This document shows positions 9,247-17,881 of a DNA stretch of 64,000 bases, one piece after another. A program made the position numbers and the translations under genes. Source of the DNA: Saprospiraceae bacterium (GTDB lineage Bacteria; Bacteroidota; Bacteroidia; Chitinophagales; Saprospiraceae). Under the pieces are notes generated by a model. The model saw only the letters and a list, made by a program, of their open reading frames with translations, made no database searches and had not been told where the DNA came from. The stretch lies in assembly GCA_022448955.1 (NCBI GenBank), contig JAKVCU010000006.1, positions 276 to 64,275 on the forward strand. Direction: 5' to 3'. Numbering within the stretch: the first letter of the stretch is position 1; every line of letters starts with the position of its first letter.

Positions 9247-10458
9247 TTAGATCACTTCTACCATTAGCGAAGAATACTCTTTGATTAAATCCTTTGCCAA
9301 TTCATCGCTATCATAACTGGTAGAAACGAACTCTTTTGCACAACGGCCAATTCGTTCTAATTTATTTCTATTTTGATAGCAGTAGTTAATTGACTTTTCA
9401 AATTCAGCAACTGTTTCTGCAATCAAGACTTCTTTTTTATGCTTGGCATGAATGCCTTCTAAACCAATAGGTGTAGTCAAAACCACTTTACCCAGTGACA
9501 TTCCTTCAAGTATTTTTGCCCTCATTCCACTACCTGAAAGCAAAGGAACAACCATAATTGAATGTTCATTTATAAATTTATGCGCACATGGAACCTCTCC
9601 ATATACCTTTACATTCTTTCTCTTTATCTGTGAAATCCACTTGGGTGTATTACGCCCTGCAATATGCAAACTTAGATTAGGATTGCGTTGGGATAATCTA
9701 GCCCACACCTTATCCAGAAACCATTTCAAGCCTTCCTGATTAGGCATCCAATCTAAGGAGCCAATAAAAGAAATAGAAAGATCTTTTTGATAACTATCAT
9801 AATCCGGCCTATATTGGTCGCTATCAACACCTATTGGCGTAACTTTTGAAGTTCCTTTAAAACCAAAACTTTTAAATTTCTGCTCATCGCGCCTAGATAT
9901 TGGAATCAATAGATCGTATTGATTTTGTACCTCAATTTCGTAGCGTTTTAGCTTTTTCGTAAGATGCGCGAGGTACATTCGCTTTGGCAGGAAACGGGTA
10001 TTTGCTGTAATACGCTCCCAGATTTCATGCTCTACATTATGGGAACGCATAGCTATAATAGCATCCGAATATTTACGGATAGTTGAAATATAGGGCGCTA
10101 GATAGAGTGTTTCTAATTGAACTACATCAAACTCTTCCTTTCTCAAAACATCCTTTAACTTTTGTTCGAAGTCTGTATTGATAAATCGCTGGATATGATA
10201 AGATTCCTTTGAGAAAAGATTCCAAAAAGCATCTGATGGCCTAATCCTATTATCTAAATCTGTAGCATAGATAGCACTATAATGCAATAAGGCATTTGGC
10301 GTAGAGTTCAAATTAAAATAGTGTTTCCGAGTATTCATGGCTAAAAGCGTGACTTCGCAGCCCTGCTCTGCCAGAGAACGCGCTAAACTAGTAATGGCAA
10401 TAGATTCCCCATCCTTTAATGGAAAAGGAAACTTCTTGCACAATTGAAGTATTTTCAT
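9247..10458 (-). CDS. GT4-type (GT-B fold) glycosyltransferase
   Basis: C-terminal SGSGMRAKILEGMSLGKVVLTT matches the E-x7-E region of retaining GT4 enzymes. 403 aa. Confidence 0.85.
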   Translation of the reverse strand: MKILQLCKKFPFPLKDGESIAITSLARSLAEQGCEVTLLAMNTRKHYFNLNSTPNALLHYSAIYATDLDNRIRPSDAFWNLFSKESYHIQRFINTDFEQKLKDVLRKEEFDVVQLETLYLAPYISTIRKYSDAIIAMRSHNVEHEIWERITANTRFLPKRMYLAHLTKKLKRYEIEVQNQYDLLIPISRRDEQKFKSFGFKGTSKVTPIGVDSDQYRPDYDSYQKDLSISFIGSLDWMPNQEGLKWFLDKVWARLSQRNPNLSLHIAGRNTPKWISQIKRKNVKVYGEVPCAHKFINEHSIMVVPLLSGSGMRAKILEGMSLGKVVLTTPIGLEGIHAKHKKEVLIAETVAEFEKSINYCYQNRNKLERIGRCAKEFVSTSYDSDELAKDLIKEYSSLMVEVI

Positions 10459-10668
10459 GCAGCCAATTTTTCGATAAGCAGCATTAGTATTGATGGCAAT
10501 AAATATGGATGCCTAAACTAAAATAGACGTTGCTAAACTTATCATTTTTTAATTATACAACCTTGGATTATCGCTTTCAATTATGAAAACCCATCCGTAT
10601 TTTCGACTGCCCCAAAAAAGGAACAAGTCATATATTGAAATCGAAAATAATATTTTTCGATTAATTAT

Positions 10669-11049
10669 TTATTTATGTACTTCATTCAAAACTTCTTCTT
10701 CCTCCTCATTCCATGGGGGACTAACCATACATAAAAAAGTAAGTCGCTCAGAACCAGTATTTTTCACATATTGATTTGCTCCTTTTGGCACAATTACAGT
10801 AGAGCCAGTTTTAACATTTAAAACTTCACCTTCAATTGTAATTTCCCCATTTCCAGACAAAAAGAAGTAAGTTTCTTCACTTTTGTGAAGAATATGGGGT
10901 AAAGAATGATGGCCCTCCTCTAAGTAGGCATATGCAAGGCTGTATGGCAAATCGATAGCATCATTCTTACGGTGCCATACTTCTTTAAGCAAGGTGTTAT
11001 CTCCTGCTGAAAAAGCTGTAAGTTCTTCTATATTTTTATGCTGAATCAT
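10669..11049 (-). CDS. cupin domain protein
   Basis: 126 aa with HxH...E and G-x5-P-x-G cupin-like motifs (HHSLPHILHKSEETYFF, VIVPKGANQY). It directly abuts the M1 peptidase stop. Confidence 0.7.
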   Translation of the reverse strand: MIQHKNIEELTAFSAGDNTLLKEVWHRKNDAIDLPYSLAYAYLEEGHHSLPHILHKSEETYFFLSGNGEITIEGEVLNVKTGSTVIVPKGANQYVKNTGSERLTFLCMVSPPWNEEEEEVLNEVHK

Positions 11050-12888
11050 TTATCTATTCTGCCATTCGTTATTAGAACGTTCAACATCCATCATCTTAAT
11101 ACTTGGATCTATGCTAATTTTAGCAATTTGCTCTTTTGCTACATCCAACTGCAAATTATAAGATGGATGAGTCCATGGCCAATCCTCTGCTATCTCACCT
11201 TCAAAGTTTTTGTTACCACGCATTATACGAAGGGCAATATTATACATTTTTTTACTACCGTCTTTCATCTCCACCACAACATCAAGTGGCATTGGCATCA
11301 CCCCAATTTTTTGTAAACTTAATACAGCTTTGCCTTCTTCATTATCTATGACATCATTAATTCCATAGTCAATCATATGAGTTGTATTCACCCAATATTC
11401 ACGGTACCAATCTAATTCTAAACCAGATGCTTTTTCCATAATACGGATAAAATCATTTGCATTTGGATGCTTAAACTTCCATTCATCAAAATAATTAAGC
11501 ATTCCTTTTGCAAAAGTTGTTTCACCTACTATATAAGAGAGCTGATTTAAGAAAATGGAACCTTTTGTGTAAGCCCCAACACCATAAGCCGCATTTGAGG
11601 TAAAATGATCAGCATGTGTACTTAGTGGTTCTTCCATACCGCTTTTCGCGAAACCTGCAAAACCGATATAATTTCTTAAAAAAGGGTTTTCTCTAGCTTC
11701 GCCAGGTAATTTACCCTCTTTACGAAGATGATTCATCACCATTGCGGATGCATAACTTGTAAAACCTTCATCCATCCACGCATACAAACTTTCGTTTGTT
11801 CCAAGTATCATTTGGTACCAAGAGTGCATTAATTCGTGGACAGATACGCCCACTAAGCTTCCTAGGTTACGCTCACCTGTAATGAGCGTACTCATTGGAT
11901 ACTCCATACCACCATCACCACCTTGTACAAAGGAATATTGTTTGTATGGATATTGTCCAAAATTTTCATTAATGTAATCAAAGGCACAATCCATTATTTC
12001 TGGCAATTTAGCCCAATTCTCTTCTGTCTTATCATTTTTCTGGAAATAGAAATGAAGTACGGTACCATCCTTTCGCTTCAATTGGGTGTGTGTGTAGTCT
12101 GGGTCAGCGCCCCACATAAAATCGTGTACATTTGGAGCGAAAAAATGCCAAGTTAGTTTATCTCCTTTCACTTTTTTCACCTTCACACTTTTCTCTTCAT
12201 AACCATGACCAATTTCGTTTGGATTTTGCAAATATCCAGTTCCACCAAGCGTGTAATCTTTGTCAATACTGATTTTTACATCAAAATCCCCCCAAATACC
12301 ATGAAATTCACGACCGACATATGGGTTGGCATGCCAACCTTGATAATCATATTCGCACATTTTTGGATACCACTGCGACATTGAATAAGAAATCCCTTCT
12401 TTATTGTCGCGACCAGAACGGCGAATTTGGACAGGAACTTGTGCTTCAAATTCCATATCAAAAACAGCACTACTATTTGCTGGGATTGGTTCGTTTAAAA
12501 TAACTTCAAGAATCGTTCCTACGACCTCAAACTTTACATCAACTCCATTTTGTTTCAAAGATTTAATCTTCTGATAACCAATTTCATTATCTTTCAAAGC
12601 TCCAATTCGGCTTCCTACTCTAGGATCTGCATCTGTAATCGTATTACTACGCACATCCATCATACTACCTGGCTGAAAAGCATTAAAATAAAGATGGTAA
12701 AATACTTTGTGCAACTCATCTGGAGAGTTATTCGAATAGAATGCTCTTTGCTTGCCATTGTATTGATGCTTTTTCACATCAAAATCAATGTCCATATCAT
12801 AATAAATTCTCTGTTGCCAACGATCTGATTGTGCTTCAACAACTGTCGCCAAACAAACGACAATGAGGATAGATAGGATAAATCTCAT
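11050..12888 (-). CDS. secreted M1 family metallopeptidase
   Basis: Signal peptide, GGMEYP (GxMEN-like) motif, and HELMHSWY followed by WMDEGFTSY (HExxH-x18-E). Confidence 0.9.
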   Translation of the reverse strand: MRFILSILIVVCLATVVEAQSDRWQQRIYYDMDIDFDVKKHQYNGKQRAFYSNNSPDELHKVFYHLYFNAFQPGSMMDVRSNTITDADPRVGSRIGALKDNEIGYQKIKSLKQNGVDVKFEVVGTILEVILNEPIPANSSAVFDMEFEAQVPVQIRRSGRDNKEGISYSMSQWYPKMCEYDYQGWHANPYVGREFHGIWGDFDVKISIDKDYTLGGTGYLQNPNEIGHGYEEKSVKVKKVKGDKLTWHFFAPNVHDFMWGADPDYTHTQLKRKDGTVLHFYFQKNDKTEENWAKLPEIMDCAFDYINENFGQYPYKQYSFVQGGDGGMEYPMSTLITGERNLGSLVGVSVHELMHSWYQMILGTNESLYAWMDEGFTSYASAMVMNHLRKEGKLPGEARENPFLRNYIGFAGFAKSGMEEPLSTHADHFTSNAAYGVGAYTKGSIFLNQLSYIVGETTFAKGMLNYFDEWKFKHPNANDFIRIMEKASGLELDWYREYWVNTTHMIDYGINDVIDNEEGKAVLSLQKIGVMPMPLDVVVEMKDGSKKMYNIALRIMRGNKNFEGEIAEDWPWTHPSYNLQLDVAKEQIAKISIDPSIKMMDVERSNNEWQNR

Positions 12889-12920
12889 TTATTCAATAAT
12901 TTAGGTTCAATCTTGCAATA

Positions 12921-13979
12921 TTATTTCCAGTTAACCTCATCCATTAGCATTTCTGCTTTTGAATATTGCTTGGCTACCTGACTTAGTTTTTGATCGGATT
13001 CTCTAAAACCGCCGAGCGAGATTAAAAAATCACCGGGAATGACCATTGGATTTACTGGATAGGCACGAATAGCATTAGCGAATTGACCTTGATATTGTTC
13101 GCTTGATAAAAACTCAATCAAAGTTAAAGCCATTTGCCATTTTTTTGAATTTTTAACTACACCTACCCCACTAGTATTGACATAAGTTCTCCCTTGGTTA
13201 TTCATTGGAAAAACTAATCCTATTTTTTCTCCATTTTGGAAGTGTTCAGGATTACCATCCATTTTATATTTAATGAAAGCGGAGGAACTCAATAGACCTA
13301 CCTGCTTCTCACCACTAGCAATTGCTTCAATAATATTTATTTCACTGTTGTAAAGGCTATCTGTGGTATTTTTTTTCAAGCCATTGACTAGTTGCTTTGT
13401 TTTTCTTTCTCCTTCTGATAGCAAGATATTAGCGAATAACATGTTTAATCGATCATCTTCGTTGCATAAGGCTAACTGACCCTTCCATTTTGGCTTTGCC
13501 AAATCAGCAATTTTTAATAATTCAGTTGGTTTTACATTCTCTATATTATAAGCTAAACAATTGACCTCTTTTGCTAAAGAAATCCAATAATTTTCATCAT
13601 CTCTATATTTTACAGGAACACTTTCATCTGTTGTCCCTGAAGCAAAAGCTTGAAGCAAACCTCTTTCTTTTGCTTCCTCTAAAAGGCCTACATTCTCCAA
13701 AATTACCAGATCTGCTTGAGGGTTTTCTTTTTCAGCCTCTAATCGATCTAGAATATCACTTCCTTTAGCCTTGAATACTTCAACTTTTATGTGGTATTGT
13801 TCACCTAAACGTTCAAATAACTCTTGATCAGTGGTAAAATAACGATAAGTATACAAATTAATCGTTTCGTAATGCTGTGTTTGGTCAGACGGCTTGCTTT
13901 CTTTTTGTGATGGAGCTGAAGACTCGCAGGAAAACAAGCTAGAAACGACGAATAAAATCAATAAATAAAATAGCTTCAT
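12921..13979 (-). CDS. lipoprotein, ABC-type extracellular solute-binding protein (iron(III)/PBP2-like)
   Basis: Lipobox LFSC. The NLYTYRYFTTDQELFE ... ADLVILEN pattern resembles Fe3+-type binding proteins. No permease or ATPase gene is adjacent. Confidence 0.7.
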   Translation of the reverse strand: MKLFYLLILFVVSSLFSCESSAPSQKESKPSDQTQHYETINLYTYRYFTTDQELFERLGEQYHIKVEVFKAKGSDILDRLEAEKENPQADLVILENVGLLEEAKERGLLQAFASGTTDESVPVKYRDDENYWISLAKEVNCLAYNIENVKPTELLKIADLAKPKWKGQLALCNEDDRLNMLFANILLSEGERKTKQLVNGLKKNTTDSLYNSEINIIEAIASGEKQVGLLSSSAFIKYKMDGNPEHFQNGEKIGLVFPMNNQGRTYVNTSGVGVVKNSKKWQMALTLIEFLSSEQYQGQFANAIRAYPVNPMVIPGDFLISLGGFRESDQKLSQVAKQYSKAEMLMDEVNWK

Positions 13980-14201
13980 AAATACAACTAAATTTTGACC
14001 AACAAAAGTAATCTTTTTACGGTAGTTTATAGAAGAAATACCTGAGTTCTAAATTAAAGCATCTATTTGAGATTTATTATTAAAGTGCCCAGACAAAATT
14101 GCTTATACAATAAAATTGTTCATTCGGAAATTATAAGTAACTGACGACAGAAAAGTTACGCATGATTTTTGAGCAAACGTAACCCTGCAAGCTTGTGGCT
14201 G

Positions 14202-14270
14202 AAATTACATTATACCAATTCTAGCCTGCTGGCAGGCACGCTTTCGGGCAAACTACTTAGCTTGTAATGC
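14202..14270. repeat. about 70-nt intergenic element with GC-rich palindrome, copy A
   Basis: aaattac..tata..aattc..gcctgctggcaggc..aactactta..taatg. The same ordered blocks recur at 49684-49745. Confidence 0.4.
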
Positions 14271-14515
14271 CTACTATTTGACTTATATTTCTTTCAAAAT
14301 TGATCAATTTTACCGAACACTTCAACTCAAAGAACAAGTCTGTAACATAATATAAAATACATACTTAATACCAATGGTGTAGAATTTAGTATACTTTAGC
14401 TCGAAGTAGTCCTTATATAATTTGATTGATGAAACATACAAGCATCTAATAGTAGCAAAGGCCTAGAACTTATGGGAAAACCATTTTTGCTTTAGTATTA
14501 TTCACTCGATTGATG

Positions 14516-14523
14516 TACCTTTG
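14516..14523 (+). promoter_or_regulatory. TAccTTTG -7 type box
   Basis: Matches TAnnTTTG, 43 nt upstream of the ATG at 14566. Confidence 0.4.
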
Positions 14524-14565
14524 CCAAATGATTTTGATAAGAACTAATTCAAAATATAGCGATTT

Positions 14566-15135
14566 ATGAAATCATTCTTAAATTGGAAAATGGGCCTAGC
14601 TTTAGTAATCATTGTATTAGCCGCACTTAGTAGGGTTGTTCCACATATCTGGAATTTTACGCCCATCGCAGCTATGGCTTTATTCGGTGCTGCATATTTC
14701 CCTAAAAAATGGTATGCAGTCATTATTCCTTTTGCAGCCATGTGGTTAAGTGATTTATATTTGATCAATGCTGTTTATGCACCAATGTATCCTGATTATT
14801 ATGGAGAAGGCTTCCACTTTTTTGGTGTAGGAAGTGTCTATCTAAGTTTCTTAATAATCGCAGGTATTGGCTTTTTGCTGCTTCGCAAAGTGAGTTTAAT
14901 GAATTTGATAGGTGCTAGCCTTTTGGGTTCTATTGCTTTCTTCCTAATTACTAATGCAGGTTCTTGGTTATCTTCACCTGCATATACTAAAGATTTCGCA
15001 GGCTTGATGGCTTCTTATACAGCTGGTTTACCGTTTTTCCGTTACACAGTAATGGGTGACTTATTTTATGTCGGCTTATTATTTGGTAGCTTTGAGTTAG
15101 TGAAATATATAGCTAAAAAGCCACAAATGGCGTGA
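14566..15135 (+). CDS. DUF6580-like putative transport membrane protein
   Basis: 189 aa with about 5 TM helices. NFTPIAAMALFGAAYF and YTAGLPFFRYT motifs match that family as I remember it. Confidence 0.7.
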   Translation: MKSFLNWKMGLALVIIVLAALSRVVPHIWNFTPIAAMALFGAAYFPKKWYAVIIPFAAMWLSDLYLINAVYAPMYPDYYGEGFHFFGVGSVYLSFLIIAGIGFLLLRKVSLMNLIGASLLGSIAFFLITNAGSWLSSPAYTKDFAGLMASYTAGLPFFRYTVMGDLFYVGLLFGSFELVKYIAKKPQMA

Positions 15136-15147
15136 TTTAGTTGTTCG

Positions 15148-15208
15148 TTATTGGTTGATAGTTATTGATTAAACACAATCCTATCAACCAATAATAATCA
15201 ACCAATAG
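15148..15208. repeat. array of three copies of an 11-mer (one inverted, two direct) forming a 14-bp stem
   Basis: tattggttgat at 15149-15159. Its complement atcaaccaata occurs at 15183-15193 and 15197-15207. The 14-bp perfect inverted repeat is 15148-15161 with 15181-15194. The array ends 3 nt before the ATG at 15211. Confidence 0.6.
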
Positions 15209-15210
15209 CA

Positions 15211-15399
15211 ATGAAGTTGGAAGAAGGAAAAGACTATTATATAGAAGATGGCATGTACGTCTTCACGGAACATTTCTTGCGAAAGCGAGCTTATTGTTGT
15301 GAAAATGGCTGTCGCCACTGTCCTTATGGTTTCAAAAAAATCACAACTCCTTCTTCTCCTCCGGATACTCAATCCGAACGTGATGAACAGACTTCATAA
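15211..15399 (+). CDS. DUF5522-like small Cys-rich protein
   Basis: The YCCENGCRHCPYGF motif is the hallmark of this small family. The unconserved tail overlaps the convergent gene by 59 nt. Confidence 0.7.
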   Translation: MKLEEGKDYYIEDGMYVFTEHFLRKRAYCCENGCRHCPYGFKKITTPSSPPDTQSERDEQTS

Positions 15400-17431
15400 T
15401 CTGCTTGAATACTTGTTTACATTCTTCTAATTCCTGAAAGCTCATCTGAGAATCTTCCAATTGCCCTTGTGTAATTTTGCCTGCGATGATTTTATCAATA
15501 AAATCATTGAGCTCTTTTTCAGAAGGGTTATTTAAACTTTTACATGCTGCTTCGATAGAATCAGCCATCATTAAAATAGTTTCTTCTTTAGTAACAGGCC
15601 TTGGTCCAGGATATCTAAATAGATCTTCGTCAAACTCAGTTCCAGGGTTTTCTTTTATATAGGAGCGGTAAAAGAACTCTGTTCGCGTAGTTCCATGATG
15701 TGTTCTGATAAAATCAATCAATACATTAGGTAGACGATGTTTTTTGGCCATAGCCACCCCTTCTTCTACATGTCCAATAATTATCTTCGCGCTATCCAAG
15801 AATGATATCTCATCGTGAGGGTTTTTCCCTGATTGGTTTTCTATAAAAAACGCTGGTTTGGTCGTTTTACCAACATCATGATAAAGTGCCGCCACTTTTA
15901 CTAAAAGTGGGTTCGCTCCAATACGCTGAGCCGCTCCTTCCGCCAAATTTGCCACTTGTAAGGAATGTTGTAATGTACCTGGCGCTTTCAAAGCTAATTC
16001 TCTAAGCAAAGGCCTATTCATATCCGACAACTCCATCAAAGAAATCGAAGAAGTAAATCCAAAGAACCGCTCCAATAAGGGAATAAGTGGATAGGCCAAA
16101 AGCGTCAAAAATACATTGATAAATATCCAAGTGTAAACATTCCAATCAATAGTAGAAAGCTTACCTTCTTTAATTAAAGAAAGGCCGAGATAAGCCAAAC
16201 TATATGCTAAAAAAATATACAATATAGAATAAAAAAAACGCGACCAATCACGTGTATCCACATCACTTAATAATACAACAATACCAGCCAAGATGTGCAA
16301 AAAGGTAAATTCATACCCCAAAGAAGATAAAAAACTAGCAATAAGCACTACGACAATATGAGTGAATAAAGCTAAGCGCGCATCATAGAATGTTTTAATT
16401 ACAATTGGAACAATACAAAAAGGAATTAAGTAAGCACTCAATACATCCACACTTTCTACAACATATACTAAATAGCTGTAAACGACAATCCATAAAAACA
16501 CAAAAAGTAATTTCCAAAAACTAGCATATATTTCCCTGGCATACAACTGTAAATACATTAAATAAACCCCAATAATAAGAGAAGTTAGCAAAATATAGCC
16601 AAAAAGTACACCGTAAATAGATCGTTGTGCACTTACTTCTACTTGATACTGTTCCTTAAGAGAAACTAATTTCTGATAAGCTTCATCTGTTATTACATCT
16701 TCTCTTTGAATAATTAGTTCACCTTTTCGAACCATCCCTGAAGAGGTCGAAAGGTTCGCCAACTCACGACTTTTAAACTGTTGTGTTAAAGAATCACTGT
16801 AGACAATATTGGGTTGAATAACATTTTCAAGGATAGGAAATAAAAACTCTGGTTCTCTCAAACGACTGTATGGCAAAGAATCACTTAACTGCTCCTTAGC
16901 GGCTTCTTCATTCAATAGATTGCTAAGCGTTCTTTGTTCTTGAAGGTTACCTCGTTGAACTACAATGACAAAATCTCTTCCTTCGGAAGAATGCGACGAA
17001 GCCAACTGTACAATCCCTCTTTTGAATAAACGGTCTAGGAAAGCTAGACCATAATTTTGGTACTTTTTAGGATTTCGTGCTACATCAGGGAACTGATTAG
17101 CTGAATCATCTTGCTCTAATTGTGTTCGGAATTCTTCGTTAAATAGTCTTTTACTTTCCTTTTCTCTATCAAATTGTACTTCATAATGTGGTGAGAAGTT
17201 GTCAAGTACAGCTTGTCTTTCTCGTTCTATATTTTCTGCTGGTTTGCGAATCGCAAAATCGAATGGTGCATCCAAATCACTATATCGCCAGCTTTGTCCC
17301 TTTTCAAATTCATAAGTAAACTGTACATGATTAGGAAACAAAAAACTGATAAAAGCAATAACACCAATTACCATGAGAATTTTAAAAATCCCTGGCAATT
17401 GTTCAATAGCATTTCTTACTCGTGTATTCAT
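15341..17431 (-). CDS. 7TM receptor with intracellular HD/HDIG phosphohydrolase domain
   Basis: N-terminal extracellular domain, seven TM helices, then QHSLQVANL ... YHDVGK ... HHGT HD-domain motifs. 696 aa. Confidence 0.88.
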   Translation of the reverse strand: MNTRVRNAIEQLPGIFKILMVIGVIAFISFLFPNHVQFTYEFEKGQSWRYSDLDAPFDFAIRKPAENIERERQAVLDNFSPHYEVQFDREKESKRLFNEEFRTQLEQDDSANQFPDVARNPKKYQNYGLAFLDRLFKRGIVQLASSHSSEGRDFVIVVQRGNLQEQRTLSNLLNEEAAKEQLSDSLPYSRLREPEFLFPILENVIQPNIVYSDSLTQQFKSRELANLSTSSGMVRKGELIIQREDVITDEAYQKLVSLKEQYQVEVSAQRSIYGVLFGYILLTSLIIGVYLMYLQLYAREIYASFWKLLFVFLWIVVYSYLVYVVESVDVLSAYLIPFCIVPIVIKTFYDARLALFTHIVVVLIASFLSSLGYEFTFLHILAGIVVLLSDVDTRDWSRFFYSILYIFLAYSLAYLGLSLIKEGKLSTIDWNVYTWIFINVFLTLLAYPLIPLLERFFGFTSSISLMELSDMNRPLLRELALKAPGTLQHSLQVANLAEGAAQRIGANPLLVKVAALYHDVGKTTKPAFFIENQSGKNPHDEISFLDSAKIIIGHVEEGVAMAKKHRLPNVLIDFIRTHHGTTRTEFFYRSYIKENPGTEFDEDLFRYPGPRPVTKEETILMMADSIEAACKSLNNPSEKELNDFIDKIIAGKITQGQLEDSQMSFQELEECKQVFKQIMKSVHHVRIEYPEEKKEL

Positions 17432-17602
17432 ATCTCAAATATAAGGCATGAAGTATAAACTCAATGAACAAGTTCCTTTATAAATATCCAATGTTCACCA
17501 GCTTCTTTTTTACTTCATTCCAAAAAATAAAAATTTTTACGCTTCTACCCAACCCTTTTTATTAAACGCTCTGTCTATGCGAGTAAGTTTATCTAAATAA
17601 AA

Positions 17603-17812
17603 ATGAAGGTTATGAAAATTTCCAAGTCCTTACTTCAAGCCATAGCACTAGGTGCTACACTTGGTATTGCAGCGACATCTTGCAGTCTTTTAGAAGATGA
17701 GATCAAAATCACTCCTAATGCAACAGATGAAACTTGTGAAAAAGAAAATAAAGGTCGGAATGATAACAATACCCATCATTGGGATAATTGCCCGGCCTGT
17801 GGAATGGGTTAA
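17603..17812 (+). CDS. RiPP precursor peptide candidate, ChrA-like, with lipoprotein-type signal peptide
   Basis: 69 aa: MKVMKISK + hydrophobic LLQAIALGATLGIAATS-C + ...NNTHHWDNCPACGMG-stop. It lies 69 nt upstream of the DUF692 gene on the same strand. Confidence 0.7.
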   Translation: MKVMKISKSLLQAIALGATLGIAATSCSLLEDEIKITPNATDETCEKENKGRNDNNTHHWDNCPACGMG

Positions 17813-17881
17813 ACATGACTAGTCGTAAAACAATCTTTATATCCAGTATCCAGAAACTTACGGCTAAACGAACTTTCTCCT

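Noticed and set aside
13980-14565. Riboswitch (TPP or cobalamin) in the long gap flanked by a solute-binding protein gene and a DUF6580 putative transporter gene
   Set aside because: No B12-box-like or TPP (CTGAGA…ACCTGATCTGGATAATGCCAGCG-like) core could be found on either strand. Only the palindromic repeat element and a promoter-type box were seen.
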